Shown here: piece after piece, positions 28,932 through 39,230 of the stretch
Position numbering within the stretch: position 1 is the first letter of the stretch
Layout of the letters: each line of letters begins with the position of its first letter
Source of the DNA: Mobula hypostoma
Lineage: Eukaryota
Direction: 5' to 3'
Assembly (NCBI RefSeq): GCF_963921235.1
Contig: NC_086107.1
Location: 97,342,001 to 97,406,000, forward strand
DNA length: 64,000 nt
Position numbers and translations under genes: made by a program
The notes under the pieces: generated by a model
Seen by the model: the letters and a program-made list of their open reading frames with translations, nothing else
Databases searched by the model: none
Told to the model about the DNA's origin: nothing

Positions 28932-29050
28932 CAGGGGCTAGGTAATGTGTCAGTATTCACAGGGAGACCAGGGAGTGTGTCATTACATAGAAGCAGACAC
29001 AGGTAGTTTTGTCAGTATTTAAAGGGGGACCAAGGGGTGTGTCAGTACTT
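28932..29050. repeat. Degenerate satellite monomers at the array edge
   Basis: About 4 diverged units keeping a GTCAGTATT(T/C)A-like core at roughly 31-bp spacing. Confidence 0.9.
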
Positions 29051-29784
29051 GAGACCATAGGCCCGTAAGACATAGGAACAGAATTAGGCCATTCAGCCCT
29101 TCGAGACTGCTCTCCCATTCCATCATCCTGGATCCCACTCAACCCCGTACACCTGCCTTCTCGCCATATCCTTTGACGCCCTGACCGATCAGGAAACGAC
29201 CAACTTCCGCCTTAAATATAAGCACGGACTTGGCCTCCTCTGCAGTCTGTGACAGAGCATTCCACAGAATTACTGCTCTCTGGCTCACAGAATTCCTCCT
29301 TACCTCTGTTTTAAAGGGTCGCCCCTCAATTTTGAGGCTGTGACTTTTAGTTCTTGATACTCCCACCATAGGAAACATCCGCTTCACATCCACTCTATTT
29401 AGTCCCTTCAACATTCGGTAGGTTTCAATGAGATCCACTCTCCCTGCAGTCTTCTAAATTCCAGTGAGTACAGGTCCAAAGCTGCCAAATACTCCTCATA
29501 TGTTAACCCCTTCATTCCTGGAATCATCTTTATGAACCTTCTCTGGACTCTCTCCAATGACAACACATCCTTTCTGAGATACGAGGCCCAAAAATGTTGA
29601 CAACAGTCCTACTGCAGCCTGACTAGTGTTTTGTAAAGCCTCAGCATTATCTCCATGCTTTTATATTCTGTTCCCATTGAAATAAATGTGATCTTTGCAC
29701 TTGCCTTCTTCACCATAGACTCAACCTGCAAATTAACCTTCTGGGAGTCTTGCACGAGGACTCAAGTCCCTCTGCACCTCTGAT

Positions 29785-30093
29785 AACCATATAAGAATTA
29801 CAGCACGGAAACAGGCCATCTCGGCCCTTCTAGTCCATGCTGAACTCTTACTCTCACCTAGTCCCACCGACCTGCACTCAGCCCATAACCCTCTGTTCCT
29901 TTCCTGTCCATATATCTATCCAATTTAACTTTAAACGACAATATCGAACCTGCCTCAACCACTTCTGCTGGAAGCTCATTCCACACAGCTACCACTCTCT
30001 GAGTAAAGAAGTTCCCCCTCATGTTACCCCTAAACTTTTGTCCTTTATCTCTCAACTCATGTCCTCTTGTTTGAATCTTCCCCACTCTCAATG
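29785..30093 (-). mobile_element. Short CR1 3' fragment nested in the outer CR1
   Basis: A second 3' end (AACCATATAAGAATTACAGCACGG) and ORF2 C-terminus TRGHEL..FFTQRVVAVWNELP interrupt the outer element. Confidence 0.9.
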
Positions 30094-30600
30094 GAATTTT
30101 CTCCCCATTTCGATAATATCTGCATTATTGTTCCTTTTACTAAAATGCATTATCATACATTTCCGAACACTATATTCCATCTGTCACTTTTTTGCCCATT
30201 CTTCCGATTTGTCTAAGTCCTTTTGCAGTTGCATTGCTTCCTCAGCACTACCTACCCCTCCACCTGTCTTTGTATCATCCACAAACTTTGCCGCAAAGCC
30301 ATCAATTCCATAATCTAAATCACTGACAAACAATGTGAAAAGTAGCAGTCCCAATACTGACTCCTGAGGAACACCACTAGTCACCAACAGTCAACCAGAA
30401 AAGGCCCCCTTTTATTCCTACTTGCTGCCTCCTGCCTGCCAGCCATTCTTCTATCCATGCCAGTATCTTTCCTGTAACACCATTGGATTTTATCTTGCTA
30501 AGCAGCCCTATGCATGGCACCTTATCAAATGCCTTTTGAAAATCCAAGTAAAAGATATCTACTGCCTCTCCTTTGTCCACCCTGCTTGTTACTTCCTCAG

Positions 30601-33347
30601 AAATTGTTATTAATGATTATGATATAGTTGGGATCACAGAGACATGGCTCCAGGGTGACCAGGGATGGGAGCTCAACGTTCAGGGATATTCAATATTCAG
30701 GAGGGATAGACATGAAGGAAGGGGAGGTGGGGTGGCGTTGCTGGTTAAAGAAGAGATTAACGCAATAGAAAGGAAGGACATAAGCCGGGAAGATGTGGAA
30801 TCGATATGGGTAGAGCTGCGTAACACTAAGGGGCAGAAGACGCTGGTGGGAGTTGTGTACAGGCCACCTAACAGTAGTAGTGAGGTCGGAGATGGTATTA
30901 AACAGGAAATTAGAAATGTGTGCAATAAAGGAACAGCAGTTATAATGGGTGACTTCAATCTACATGTAGATTGGGTGAACCAAATTGGTAATGGTGCTGA
31001 GGAAGAGGATTTCTTGGAATGTATGCGAGATGGTTTTTTGAACCAACATGTCGAGGAACCAACTAGAGAGCAGGCTATTCTGGACTGGGTTTTGAGCAAT
31101 GAGTAAGGGTTAATTAGCAATCTTGTCGTGAGAGGCCCCTTGGGTAAGAGTGACCATAATATGGTGGAATTCTTCATTAAGATGGAGAGTGACATAGTTA
31201 ATTCAGAAACAAAGGTTCTGAACTTAAAGAGGGGCAACTTTGAAGGTATGAGACGTGAATTAGCTAAGATAGACTGGCAAATGACACTTAAAGGATTGAC
31301 GGTGGATATGCAATGGCAAGCATTTAAAGGTTGCATGGATGAACTACAACAATTGTTCATCCCAGTTTAGCAAAAGAATAAATCAAGGAAGGTAGTGCAC
31401 CCGTGGCTGACAAGAGAAATTAGGGATAGTATCAATTCCAAAGAAGAAGCATACAAATTAGCCAGAGAAAGTGGCTCACCTGAGGACTGGGAGAACTTCA
31501 GAGTTCAGCAGAGGAGGACAAAGGGCTTAATTAGGAAGGGGAAAAAAGATTATGAGAGAAAACTGGCAGGGAACATAAAAACTGACTGTAAAAGCTTTTA
31601 TAGATATGTAAAAAGGAAAAGACTGGTAAAGACAAATGTAGGTCCCCTGCAGACAGAAACAGGTGAATTGATTATGGGGAGCAAGGACATGGCAGACCTA
31701 TTGAATAATTACTTTGGTTCTGTCTTCACTAAGGAGGACATAAATAATCTTCCAGAAATAGTAGGGGACAGAGGGTCCAGTGAGATGGAGGAACTGAGTG
31801 AAATACATGTTAGTAGGGAAGTGGTGTTAGGTAAATTGAAGGGATTGAAGGCAGATAAATCCCCAGGGCCAGATGGTCTGCATCCTAGAGTGCTTAAGGA
31901 AGTAGCCCAAGAAATAGTGGATGCATTAGTGATAATTTTTCAAAACTCGTTAGATTCTGGACTAGTTCCTGAGGATTGGAGGGTGGCTAATGTAACTCCA
32001 CTTTTTAAAAAAGGAGGGAGAGAGAAACCGGGGAATTATAGACCGGCTAGCCTAATGTCGGTGGTGGGGAAACTGCTGGAGTCAGTTATCAAGCATGTGA
32101 TAACAGCACATTTGGAAAGCGGTGAAATGATTGGACAAAGTCAGCATGGATTTGTGAAAGGAAAATCATGTCTGCCGAATCTCATAGAATTTTTTGAGGA
32201 TGTAACTAGTAGAGTGGATAGGGGAGAACCAGTGGATGTGGTATATTTGGATTTTGAAAAGGCTTTTGACAAGGTCCCACACAGGAGATTAGTGTGCAAA
32301 CTTAAAGCACACGGTATTGGGGGTAAGGTATTGGTGTGGGTGGGGAATTGGTTAGCAGACAGGAAGCAAAGAGTGGGAATAAACAGGACCTTTTCAGAAT
32401 GGCAGGCGGTGACTAGTGGGGTACCGCAAGGCTCAGTGCTGGGACCCCAGTTGTTTACAATATATATTAATGACTTGGATGAGGGAATTAAATGCAGCAT
32501 CTCCAAGTTTGCGGATGACACGAAGCTGGGTGGCAGTGTTAGCTGTGAGGAGGATGCTAAGAGGATGCAGGGTGACTTGGATAGGTTGGGTGAGTGGGCA
32601 AATTCATGGCAGATGCAATTTAATGTGGATAAATGTGAAGTTATTCACTTTGGTGGCAAAAATAGGAAAACAGATTATTATCTGAATGGTGGCCGATTAG
32701 GAAAAGGGGAGGTGCAACGAGACCTGGGTGTCATTATACACCAGTCATTGAAAGTGGGCATGCAGGTACAGCAGGCGGTGAAAAAGGCGAATGGTATGCT
32801 GGCATTTATAGCGAGAGGATTCAAGTACAGGAGCAGGGAGGTACTACTGCAGTTGTACAAGGCCTTGGTGAGACCACACCTGGAGTATTGTGTGCAGTTT
32901 TGGTCCCCTAATCTGTGGAAAGACATCCTTGCCATAGAGGGAGTACAAAGAAGGTTCACCAGATTGATTCTTGGGATGGCAGGACTTTCATATGAAGAAA
33001 GACTGGATGAACTGGGCTTGTACTCGTTGGAATTTAGAAGATTGAGGGGGGATCTGATTGAAACGTATAAAATCCTAAAGGGATTGGACAGGCTAGATGC
33101 AGGAAGATTGTTCCCGATGTTGGGGAAGTCCAGAACGAGGGGCCACAGTTTGAGGATAGAGGGGAAGCCTTTTAGGACCGAGATTAGGAAAAACTTCTTC
33201 ACACAGAGAGTGGTGAATCTGTGGAATTCTCTGCCACAGGAAACAGTTGAGGCCAGTTCATTGGCTATATTTAAGAGGGAGTTAGATATGGCCCTTGTGG
33301 CTACGGGGGTCAGGGGATATGGAGGGAAGGCTGGGGCGGGGTTCTGA
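30601..33347 (+). pseudogene. CR1 ORF2 (APE endonuclease + reverse transcriptase) with two in-frame stops
   Basis: ORFs 30573-31106, 31128-31370 and 31395-33347 share one frame. Motifs ITETWL, GDFN, SDH (APE) and GVPQGSVLGP, FADD (RT). The N-terminus is missing. Confidence 0.93.
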
Positions 33348-33444
33348 GTTGGATGATTAGCCATGATCATAATAAATGGCGGTGCAGGCTCGAAGGGCCG
33401 AATGGCCTACTCCTGCACCTATTTTCTATGTTTCTATGTTTCTA
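30601..33444 (+). mobile_element. Young 5'-truncated CR1 LINE nested in opposite orientation
   Basis: Endonuclease + RT ORF2, 3' stem-loop GGGCCGAATGGCCT and (TTTCTATG)n tail at about 33423-33444. The outer element resumes immediately after. Confidence 0.96.
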
Positions 33445-33842
33445 AAACATTAACAGATTTGTCAGTCAAGATTTCCCTTGACAGAAACCATGGTGACTTT
33501 GACTTATTTTATAACTAGTCTCCAAGTTCCTCAAAACCTCATTCTTAATAGACTTCAACACTTTCCCAGCCAATGAGGTTAGGCTAACTAGTCTATAATT
33601 TCCTTTCTTTTGCCATCCTCCCTTCCTAAAGAGTGGAGTGACATTTGCAATTTTCCACTGATCCGGGATCATGCCAGAATCAAGTGATTCTTGAAAGATC
33701 ATAACCAATGCATCTGTTATCTCTTCAGCAACCTCTCTCAGGACTCTGGGATGTAGTCCATCTGGTCCAAGTGACTTCTCCACCTTAAGACCTTTGAGTC
33801 TAGCACTTTTTCCTTTGTAATAGCAATGGCACTCACTCCTGC

Positions 33843-34575
33843 TACTTACTGGGGTGCCTGGGATTCTGTTTGTATTTAGAGGGGGAACCAGGGAGTGTGT
33901 CTGAATTTACTGGGAGAGCCAGGGAGTGGGTCAGTATTTATAGAGGACCAGAGAGTGTGTCAGTATTTACAGAGGACTAGGGAGTGTGTCTGAATTTACT
34001 GGGAGAGCCAGCGAGTGGGTCAGTATTTTCAGAGGATCTAGGGATTGTGTCAGTATTTACAGAGGACCAGGGAGTGTCGGTATTTACTGGGGGAGCCAGA
34101 GAGTGGGTCAGTATTTACAGAGGACCCAGGGAGTGAGTCTGAATTTACTGGGGGAGCCAGGGAGTGAGTCAGTATTTACAGAGGACCCAGGGAGTGAGTC
34201 AGTATTTACAGAGGACCCAGGGAGTGGGTCAGTATTTATAGGAGACCAATGAGTATGTCAGTATCCACAGGGAGACCCAAGAATGGTGTCAGGATTTACA
34301 GGGAGATCCAAGGAATGTGTCTGTATTTACTGGGGCAGCAGGGAATGTGTCAGTATTTAGAGTCAGACAAGGGGACCAAGGGTGTGTGTCATTATTTACT
34401 GGGGACCTGGGAGGGTGTCAGTATTTACTATGGGACTGAGGGACTCTGTCAGTTTTCACAGGGGTCACAAGAAGTGTGTCAGTATTTACTGGGGGCGCAG
34501 TAGGTGTGTCAGTATTAACAGAGGGCCAGGGAGCACGTTAGTAATTACAGGGTGATCTGGGGAGTGTATCAGTGT
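33843..34575. repeat. Degenerate continuation of the 31-bp satellite
   Basis: About 23 diverged units with the GTCAGTATTTAC core at 30-32 bp spacing, same orientation as the main array. Confidence 0.93.
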
Positions 34576-34912
34576 CGTGAAATTTGCTGTTATACGGCAG
34601 ATTTACATTGCAATATATTATGATAAATAAGCTAAAAGTTGCAGTAAACAAATATATTGTATGTGTGTGTGTGTATTTAAAAAGATTATTAAATAATTAT
34701 GCAAAAAGAGAAACAAAAGCAGTGAGGTACTGTTCATGGGTTCATTGTCTGTTCAGATATCTGATGGCAGATGGGAAGAAGCTGTTCCTGAATCACTGAG
34801 TGTGTGCCTTCAGGCTTCTGTACCTCCTTCCTGATGGTAGCAGTGAGAACAAGGCATGTCCTGGGTGATGGGGGTCCTTAATGATGCCACCTTTTTGTGG
34901 CATCGGTCTTTG
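34573..34912 (-). mobile_element. Rex1/Babar-like LINE 3' fragment
   Basis: Minus-strand peptide KDPHHPGHALFSLLPSGRRYRSLKAHT, typical of the C-terminus of this clade, followed by an AT-rich 3' UTR. Confidence 0.8.
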
Positions 34913-35393
34913 ACCACTTCCTGGGTGACGAGGAGCACCATACAGAACATCTTCAGCAGTTTCCTGGGGAAGTTTTAATCTTCGCACAGTTCACGGGAGT
35001 GTAATTGGTTTTTCCAGGGTCCCAGGATGTGTAAGAATTTTCGGAGACTACCTCAAATTGTACATTACAAAACATGCCATTCAGTCCCCCACTTCCACCC
35101 CAGCCTTTCTGCCCATAAATACTAGTCCAATTTGCCCTTTTTAGTATCATATCCCCCTTATTGCTTATGTTTTTGAGTTCCTGACTGAAAGCTCCTTCAA
35201 CATAGTATATGTTCCTGAACCCAACACCTCCTCTGGCAGCATATTCCAAATATCGATCATTCTCTTTGTAACAAAAAATACCCCAAATCCCCCTTAACAT
35301 TGCTCCCTCAAACCTGTGCCTTCTCATTTCTGATAGCCCTACACTGGGAAAAATACTGACAGTCTAGATACCCTGCGCTTGCGGTAGTATTAT

Positions 35394-35966
35394 GGTTGGT
35401 TGGTTGGTTGTTCGTCCATTGTCAATGTTGAAGAGGACCTCGACACCATTATGATGGTGTCGAGACTAGCGCGTGATTTGGATTTAAGTGAGGGAGAGTT
35501 GCGCAGCGTCAGCCTCACTCTCTCTTCCCAATTCCCATCTGGATCCAGTGGCAAGACAGAGTCTAGACGGCTGGAGATGGGACTAGGCGCAGTGGATGAC
35601 CAGGACGTCTTCTGTGTCTTGTCCTGCTCTACACGTTCCACGACGCTTACAGAGACCGCCTTCTTAACCGTTGGACCTTCCATTGGTCTCGTCCGCTCAA
35701 TCCACCGGAGTCTGTCTTCACATGCTGGGATAGACAACTCCCTATCTCACCGAGGGTTTGAGACCCGTCAGCTACCCTCACCTGGTTTAGCCGGCTTGTC
35801 GAAGCCGTTGCCCGGGGTATGGCCGCTGTCGCATGCAAACAGCTACGGGGAGCCACAGGTGAGAGGTGAGTGCCAGGTGGGGACCAAAGGTGGACTAACC
35901 GCCCTGAAAGGACATGACATATTCCCCTACCAGAGGTGCTACCCCTCCCTGACACCCCATACACCC
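35394..35966 (-). mobile_element. 573-bp non-autonomous retroelement, probably RTE-derived
   Basis: Perfect 12-bp TSD CGGTAGTATTAT (35382-35393 and 35967-35978), (CAAC)n tail on the minus strand, 11-bp stem-loop near the 3' end, no credible ORF. The RTE assignment is an inference. Confidence 0.8.
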
Positions 35967-36009
35967 CGGTAGTATTATACTCCTTAACCAAGTCACCCTT
36001 CAGTCCCGT

Positions 36010-36220
36010 CACAAACACGAGCAAACCTGAAGATGCTGGTAATCCAAGGAACACACACACACACAATGCTGGTGGAACTCAGCAGGCCAGGGGTCCTGAT
36101 GAAGGGTCTCGGCCTGAAATGTCGACTGTAGTCTTTCCCAAAGTTGCTGCCTGGCCTGCAGAGTCATTTTGTGTGTGTGTGTTGCTTGGATTTCCAACAA
36201 CAGCAGATTTTCTCTTGTCT
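36010..36220. mobile_element. Palindromic Penelope-derived non-autonomous repeat
   Basis: Inverted arms ACACAATGCTGGTGGAACTCAGCAGGCCAGG / CCTGGCCTGCAGAGTCATTTTGTGTGT around a hammerhead motif. Confidence 0.75.
36092..36128 (+). ncRNA. Minimal type I hammerhead ribozyme motif
   Basis: GGTC-CTGATGA-AGGGTCTCGGCCT-GAAAT-GTC-GACT: stem I, CUGAUGA box, stem II, GAAA box, loop-less stem III and GUC cleavage triplet. Confidence 0.75.
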
Positions 36221-36622
36221 ATAACAGTTACACCATGACATCCCAACTCTTCCATTCTACAGCCTAACCGTGCCAAATGCCTTCATTTAGCGCCCTATCA
36301 CTCTGTGCTGATACTTTGAGGGAACTGTGACTTGGATCCCTTGATCATCATTCCTTCCTGCCCTACATGTCCTACCCCCATTCTGTTCCCCAAAACACAG
36401 TGCCTCACTCAAATTCCATCTGCCAAAGTTCTGCCCAATTTCCCACTTGCTGTAGCCTTAGATAACCTACCTTGCTATCCAGAGTACCAGCAATTTTCAC
36501 GTCATTCACAATTTTACTAATCATTCTGCCTAAATTTGCACCTAAGTTGTTAATATATATCACAAATAACAAATTTCCCAGCACTGGTCCTGACGGTGCA
36601 CTAGTAGATATCGACTTTTCTT

Positions 36623-37245
36623 TAACAGAAGAAAATCTGTAGGCGCAGGAAATCCAAAGCAACACACATGAAATGCTGGAGGAACTCAGCAGGCCAGGCA
36701 GCGTCTAGGAAAAAGAGTAAACAGTCGACGTTTTGGGCTGAGACCCTTCTTCAGGTTCCATAGATGCTGCCTAACCTGCTGAGTTCCTCCCTTGGCATTT
36801 ATGTCTGATCTCCAAAACCCTCTAAAATACTCACATGTTCCTTGTAAATGCTGGCCTCTCCCTGGCCCACCCTGTAAGCACAGGCACTCTAAGCAACTGG
36901 AACGAAACCAGTCCATTGAGGAGCACAGAGTGTGTAGAAGCAGGCTTCGAAAGGAAATTACAAGAGTAAAAGGAGATGAAAAGGTAAGAGTAAGGAGAAT
37001 CCTTAGACTCTATAAAAAAGTATGTGAGAGGAAGAAGGCAAGCAGAAAACAAGTGGAATTTATCAGCAAGGAATCAGGATGGGACAGGGCTTTCACTGAC
37101 AGATTGTACCTGTCCCTTCTCCCCCATCTTCTTATTCTTGCTTCTGCCAGGACCGAAAAGGGTCTCGACCCGAAATGTTGACTGTTTATTCATTTCCATA
37201 GATGATGCCTGTCCTGCTGAGTTCCTCCAGCATTTTGTGTGTGTT
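36623..37245. mobile_element. Composite insertion: Penelope-derived palindrome + captured local DNA + Penelope-derived half repeat
   Basis: Flanked by GACTTTTCTT (36613-36622 and 37246-37255). The whole unit aligns in reverse complement to about 38010-39385. Confidence 0.7.
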
Positions 37246-37255
37246 GACTTTTCTT

Positions 37256-37594
37256 CTTAGAACCACCTTTTCACAGCTACCATCAGGCAGCAGGTTCAGA
37301 AGCCTGAACTCCCACACCACCAGGTTCGAGGACAGCTGCTTCCTTTCAACAATTCGGTCTTGAACCTACCGTCAGAACCCTAATCACCACTACAGTTTAA
37401 CAGCAATCTGATCACTTCGCATTAAAATCAATTTTGTCATTATTTTGCTCTCATTGTGTTCTTCCTTGTAAAAAATGGAGTACGATTTATGTTTATGAAT
37501 GCTGCTTATCTCCTGCTGTGTGCATGTGATGCCATTGCATTTAATGTGTGCATACACGTGCTGTGCATATGACAAAAGACTCAACTTTGACTTT
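37256..37594 (+). mobile_element. Rex1/Babar-like LINE 3' fragment
   Basis: CTACCATCAGGCAGCAGG..CACCACCAGGTTCGAGGACAGC (LPSGRR..TTRF region) ending in an ACTTTGACTTT tail. Confidence 0.7.
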
Positions 37595-37963
37595 CAGTCA
37601 GGAAAATATCCTTTAGCCCCTGCCCTCTGCCTCTTATCACCAAGCCAGTTTTGGATCCAGTATATTGTATCCCATGTCATTACACTTCTGATCCAGCCTA
37701 ATACTATATACTAACCTCCAGCTTACCTGTGGGCAGCAACGATGCAAAAAACCTCTGACAGGGTCTCAGCAGTCTCCTGCTTTGCTTCCCACAGCATCCT
37801 GCGATAGATCTCAAACAGCCCTTGGTGTTTATTCATTCTGATTCCTCCTAACATCTGACATCTCCAGATTCTTAATACTGTCATGCTCCAGGCTATCACG
37901 TAACCCTCCCTGAATTCACTAACCTTCACATCCTCCAGAATATAGACTGTAAGCATTCAGTCT

Positions 37964-37965
<2 letters not shown>

Positions 37966-38016
<51 letters not shown>
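37966..38016. repeat. (AC)n microsatellite, about 25 units
   Basis: Directly visible. It sits at the ACACAC head of a Penelope-derived repeat. Confidence 0.98.
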
Positions 38017-38017
<1 letters not shown>

Positions 38018-38060
38018 GAGGAACACAGCAAGTCGGGCAGCATCCATGGAGGAAAGTAAA

Positions 38061-38098
38061 TGGTTGATATTTCAGGCCAAGACCCTTCATCAGGACTG
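38061..38098 (-). ncRNA. Hammerhead motif with intact core and decayed stem I, in Penelope-derived half repeat 38017-38155
   Basis: Minus strand CAGTC-CTGATGA-AGGGTCTTGGCCT-GAAAT-ATC-AACCA. Confidence 0.6.
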
Positions 38099-38360
38099 GA
38101 CAAGAAAGGGGCAGAACCCAGAATAAGAAGATGGAGGGAAGGGGAGTGGTAGCTAGGATCCTCTCCCTTCCTGATTCCTTACTGATGGATTCCAAAGTTC
38201 AAAGTACATTTATTATCAAAGTATGTATACATTATACAACCTTGAGATTCATTTCCTGACAGGCAGTCACAAAGCAAGGAAACCTTAAAAGAACCTACTA
38301 TTTTTCTATCTACCCTCTTTTTCTAACATACTTTTATAAGGATTTTCTTTACTCTTACCT

Positions 38361-38696
38361 TTAAGGTGAAGAGGGGCATTGATCGTGTGGATAGCCAGAG
38401 ACTTTTTCCTAACACAAGGGGACATAGTTTTAAGGTGCTTGTAAATAGGTACTGAGGGATGTCAGGGGTAGGTTTTTCACACAGAGAGTGGTGGGTGTGT
38501 GGAAGGCACTGCCGACGGTGGTGGAAGCGGATACAATGGGGTCTTCTAAGAACCTCATAGATAGGAACATGCTTAGAAAAATAGAGGGCTATGTGCTAGG
38601 GAAATTCTAGGCAGTTTCTAGAGTAGGTTACATGGTCGGCGCAACATTGCGGGCTGAAGGGCCTGTAATGTGCTGTAGAATTCTATGTTCTATGTT
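38361..38696 (+). mobile_element. CR1 3' fragment
   Basis: GGCATTGATCGTGTGGATAGCCAG..TTCACACAGAGAGTGGTG.., (TTCTATG)n tail, TTACCT on both sides. Confidence 0.88.
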
Positions 38697-38931
38697 ACCT
38701 ACCAAGGATATTTCACCTCCTTTTGCTCTTGTAATTTCTTTTTGAAGCCCCCTTCTATGCACTCTGTGCTCCTCAATGGACTGATTTCATTCCAGTGGTT
38801 TAGTGTGTCTGTGTTAACAGGATGTGCCTGGGAGTAGTCAGTACTTACAGGGAACATGTGAGTGAGTATTTAGACAGTTTTTAGAAATCAGACATTGAGT
38901 AAACACCAATGAGGAACTCAGCAGGTCAGAC

Positions 38932-39230
38932 ACTTACTTCCAGCCTGCTACACCGGCTGGGGTTTAGGGCAGCAACAAAGGTCCTCCATCTCTGTCCTTG
39001 GCCACTCAGATGTAGAAGGATTCTTCATTGCTGTTTCCATAACAGTTTTACTTTACCAGTTAGAGTTGTTAGCCCCGAACTGAACCCCCAAACTGATGGA
39101 ACACTCTTAGTCTGACCTCTAGCCTTTGACCTGTTTGGCGTGGGTGACCCTATCAGGAGCCAATAGCTCTCCAGGTCACTGAGACACGCAAGCCCCCCAA
39201 ACCCCTACTAGGTTGTGCGCCTCCTGGAGG
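38932..39230 (-). mobile_element. RTE (Rex3/Expander-like)-derived SINE, inserted into a Penelope-derived palindrome (38909-39385)
   Basis: Reverse-complement match to 52120-52437 (GGGTCACCC, CCAAACAGGTCAA, GGAAACAGCAATGAAGAATCCTTCTA), with an AAGTAAGT tail. Confidence 0.7.

Larger units (their letters stand above)
29051..33842 (-). mobile_element. 5'-truncated decayed CR1 LINE, the outer element of a nest (own pieces about 29051-29784, 30094-30600, 33445-33842)
   Basis: 3' end CCATAG..AAGACATAGG at 29055. Collinear ORF2 fragments on the minus strand (DLIETYRMLKG; GVPQESVLG..KFVDDTK; YLDFQKAFDKV; KSLGPDGLHPRVL). TACTT on both sides (29046-29050 and 33843-33847). Confidence 0.93.
35060..38790 (-). 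mobile_element. Old, heavily fragmented CR1 LINE hosting many later insertions
   Basis: Collinear decayed pieces at about 35060-35380, 35980-36005, 36230-36615 (GPVLGNLLFVIYINNL), 37595-37960, 38160-38360 and 38700-38790. Confidence 0.7.

Noticed and set aside
4..29006. Giant overlapping ORFs (up to 2537 aa) in all three plus frames encoding (CQYLQGDRGSVSVFTGRSRECVSIYREIEGV)n
   Set aside because: A 31-mer without a plus-strand stop is automatically open in all frames, and three monomers give the same 31-aa peptide. 29/30-bp monomers shift frame freely, stops occur sporadically, and there are no unique N- or C-terminal domains. The minus strand is closed by TAA/TGA. Only Ribo-seq or proteomics could rescue it.
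31395..33347. RT next to a repeat array as a retron/DGR/CRISPR-RT-like system
   Set aside because: The RT is an ordinary CR1 ORF2 with APE domain and 3' tail, nested inside another LINE. Adjacency to the satellite is explained by insertion.
30680..33370. Long antisense ORFs over CR1 ORF2 (226, 126 and 230 aa; likewise 53180-55052)
   Set aside because: Shadow frames of LINE coding sequence with no independent motifs.
35390..36066. ORFs of 115-190 aa over the TSD-flanked element
   Set aside because: No recognisable domain; they lie within or run across the boundary of a non-coding repeat.
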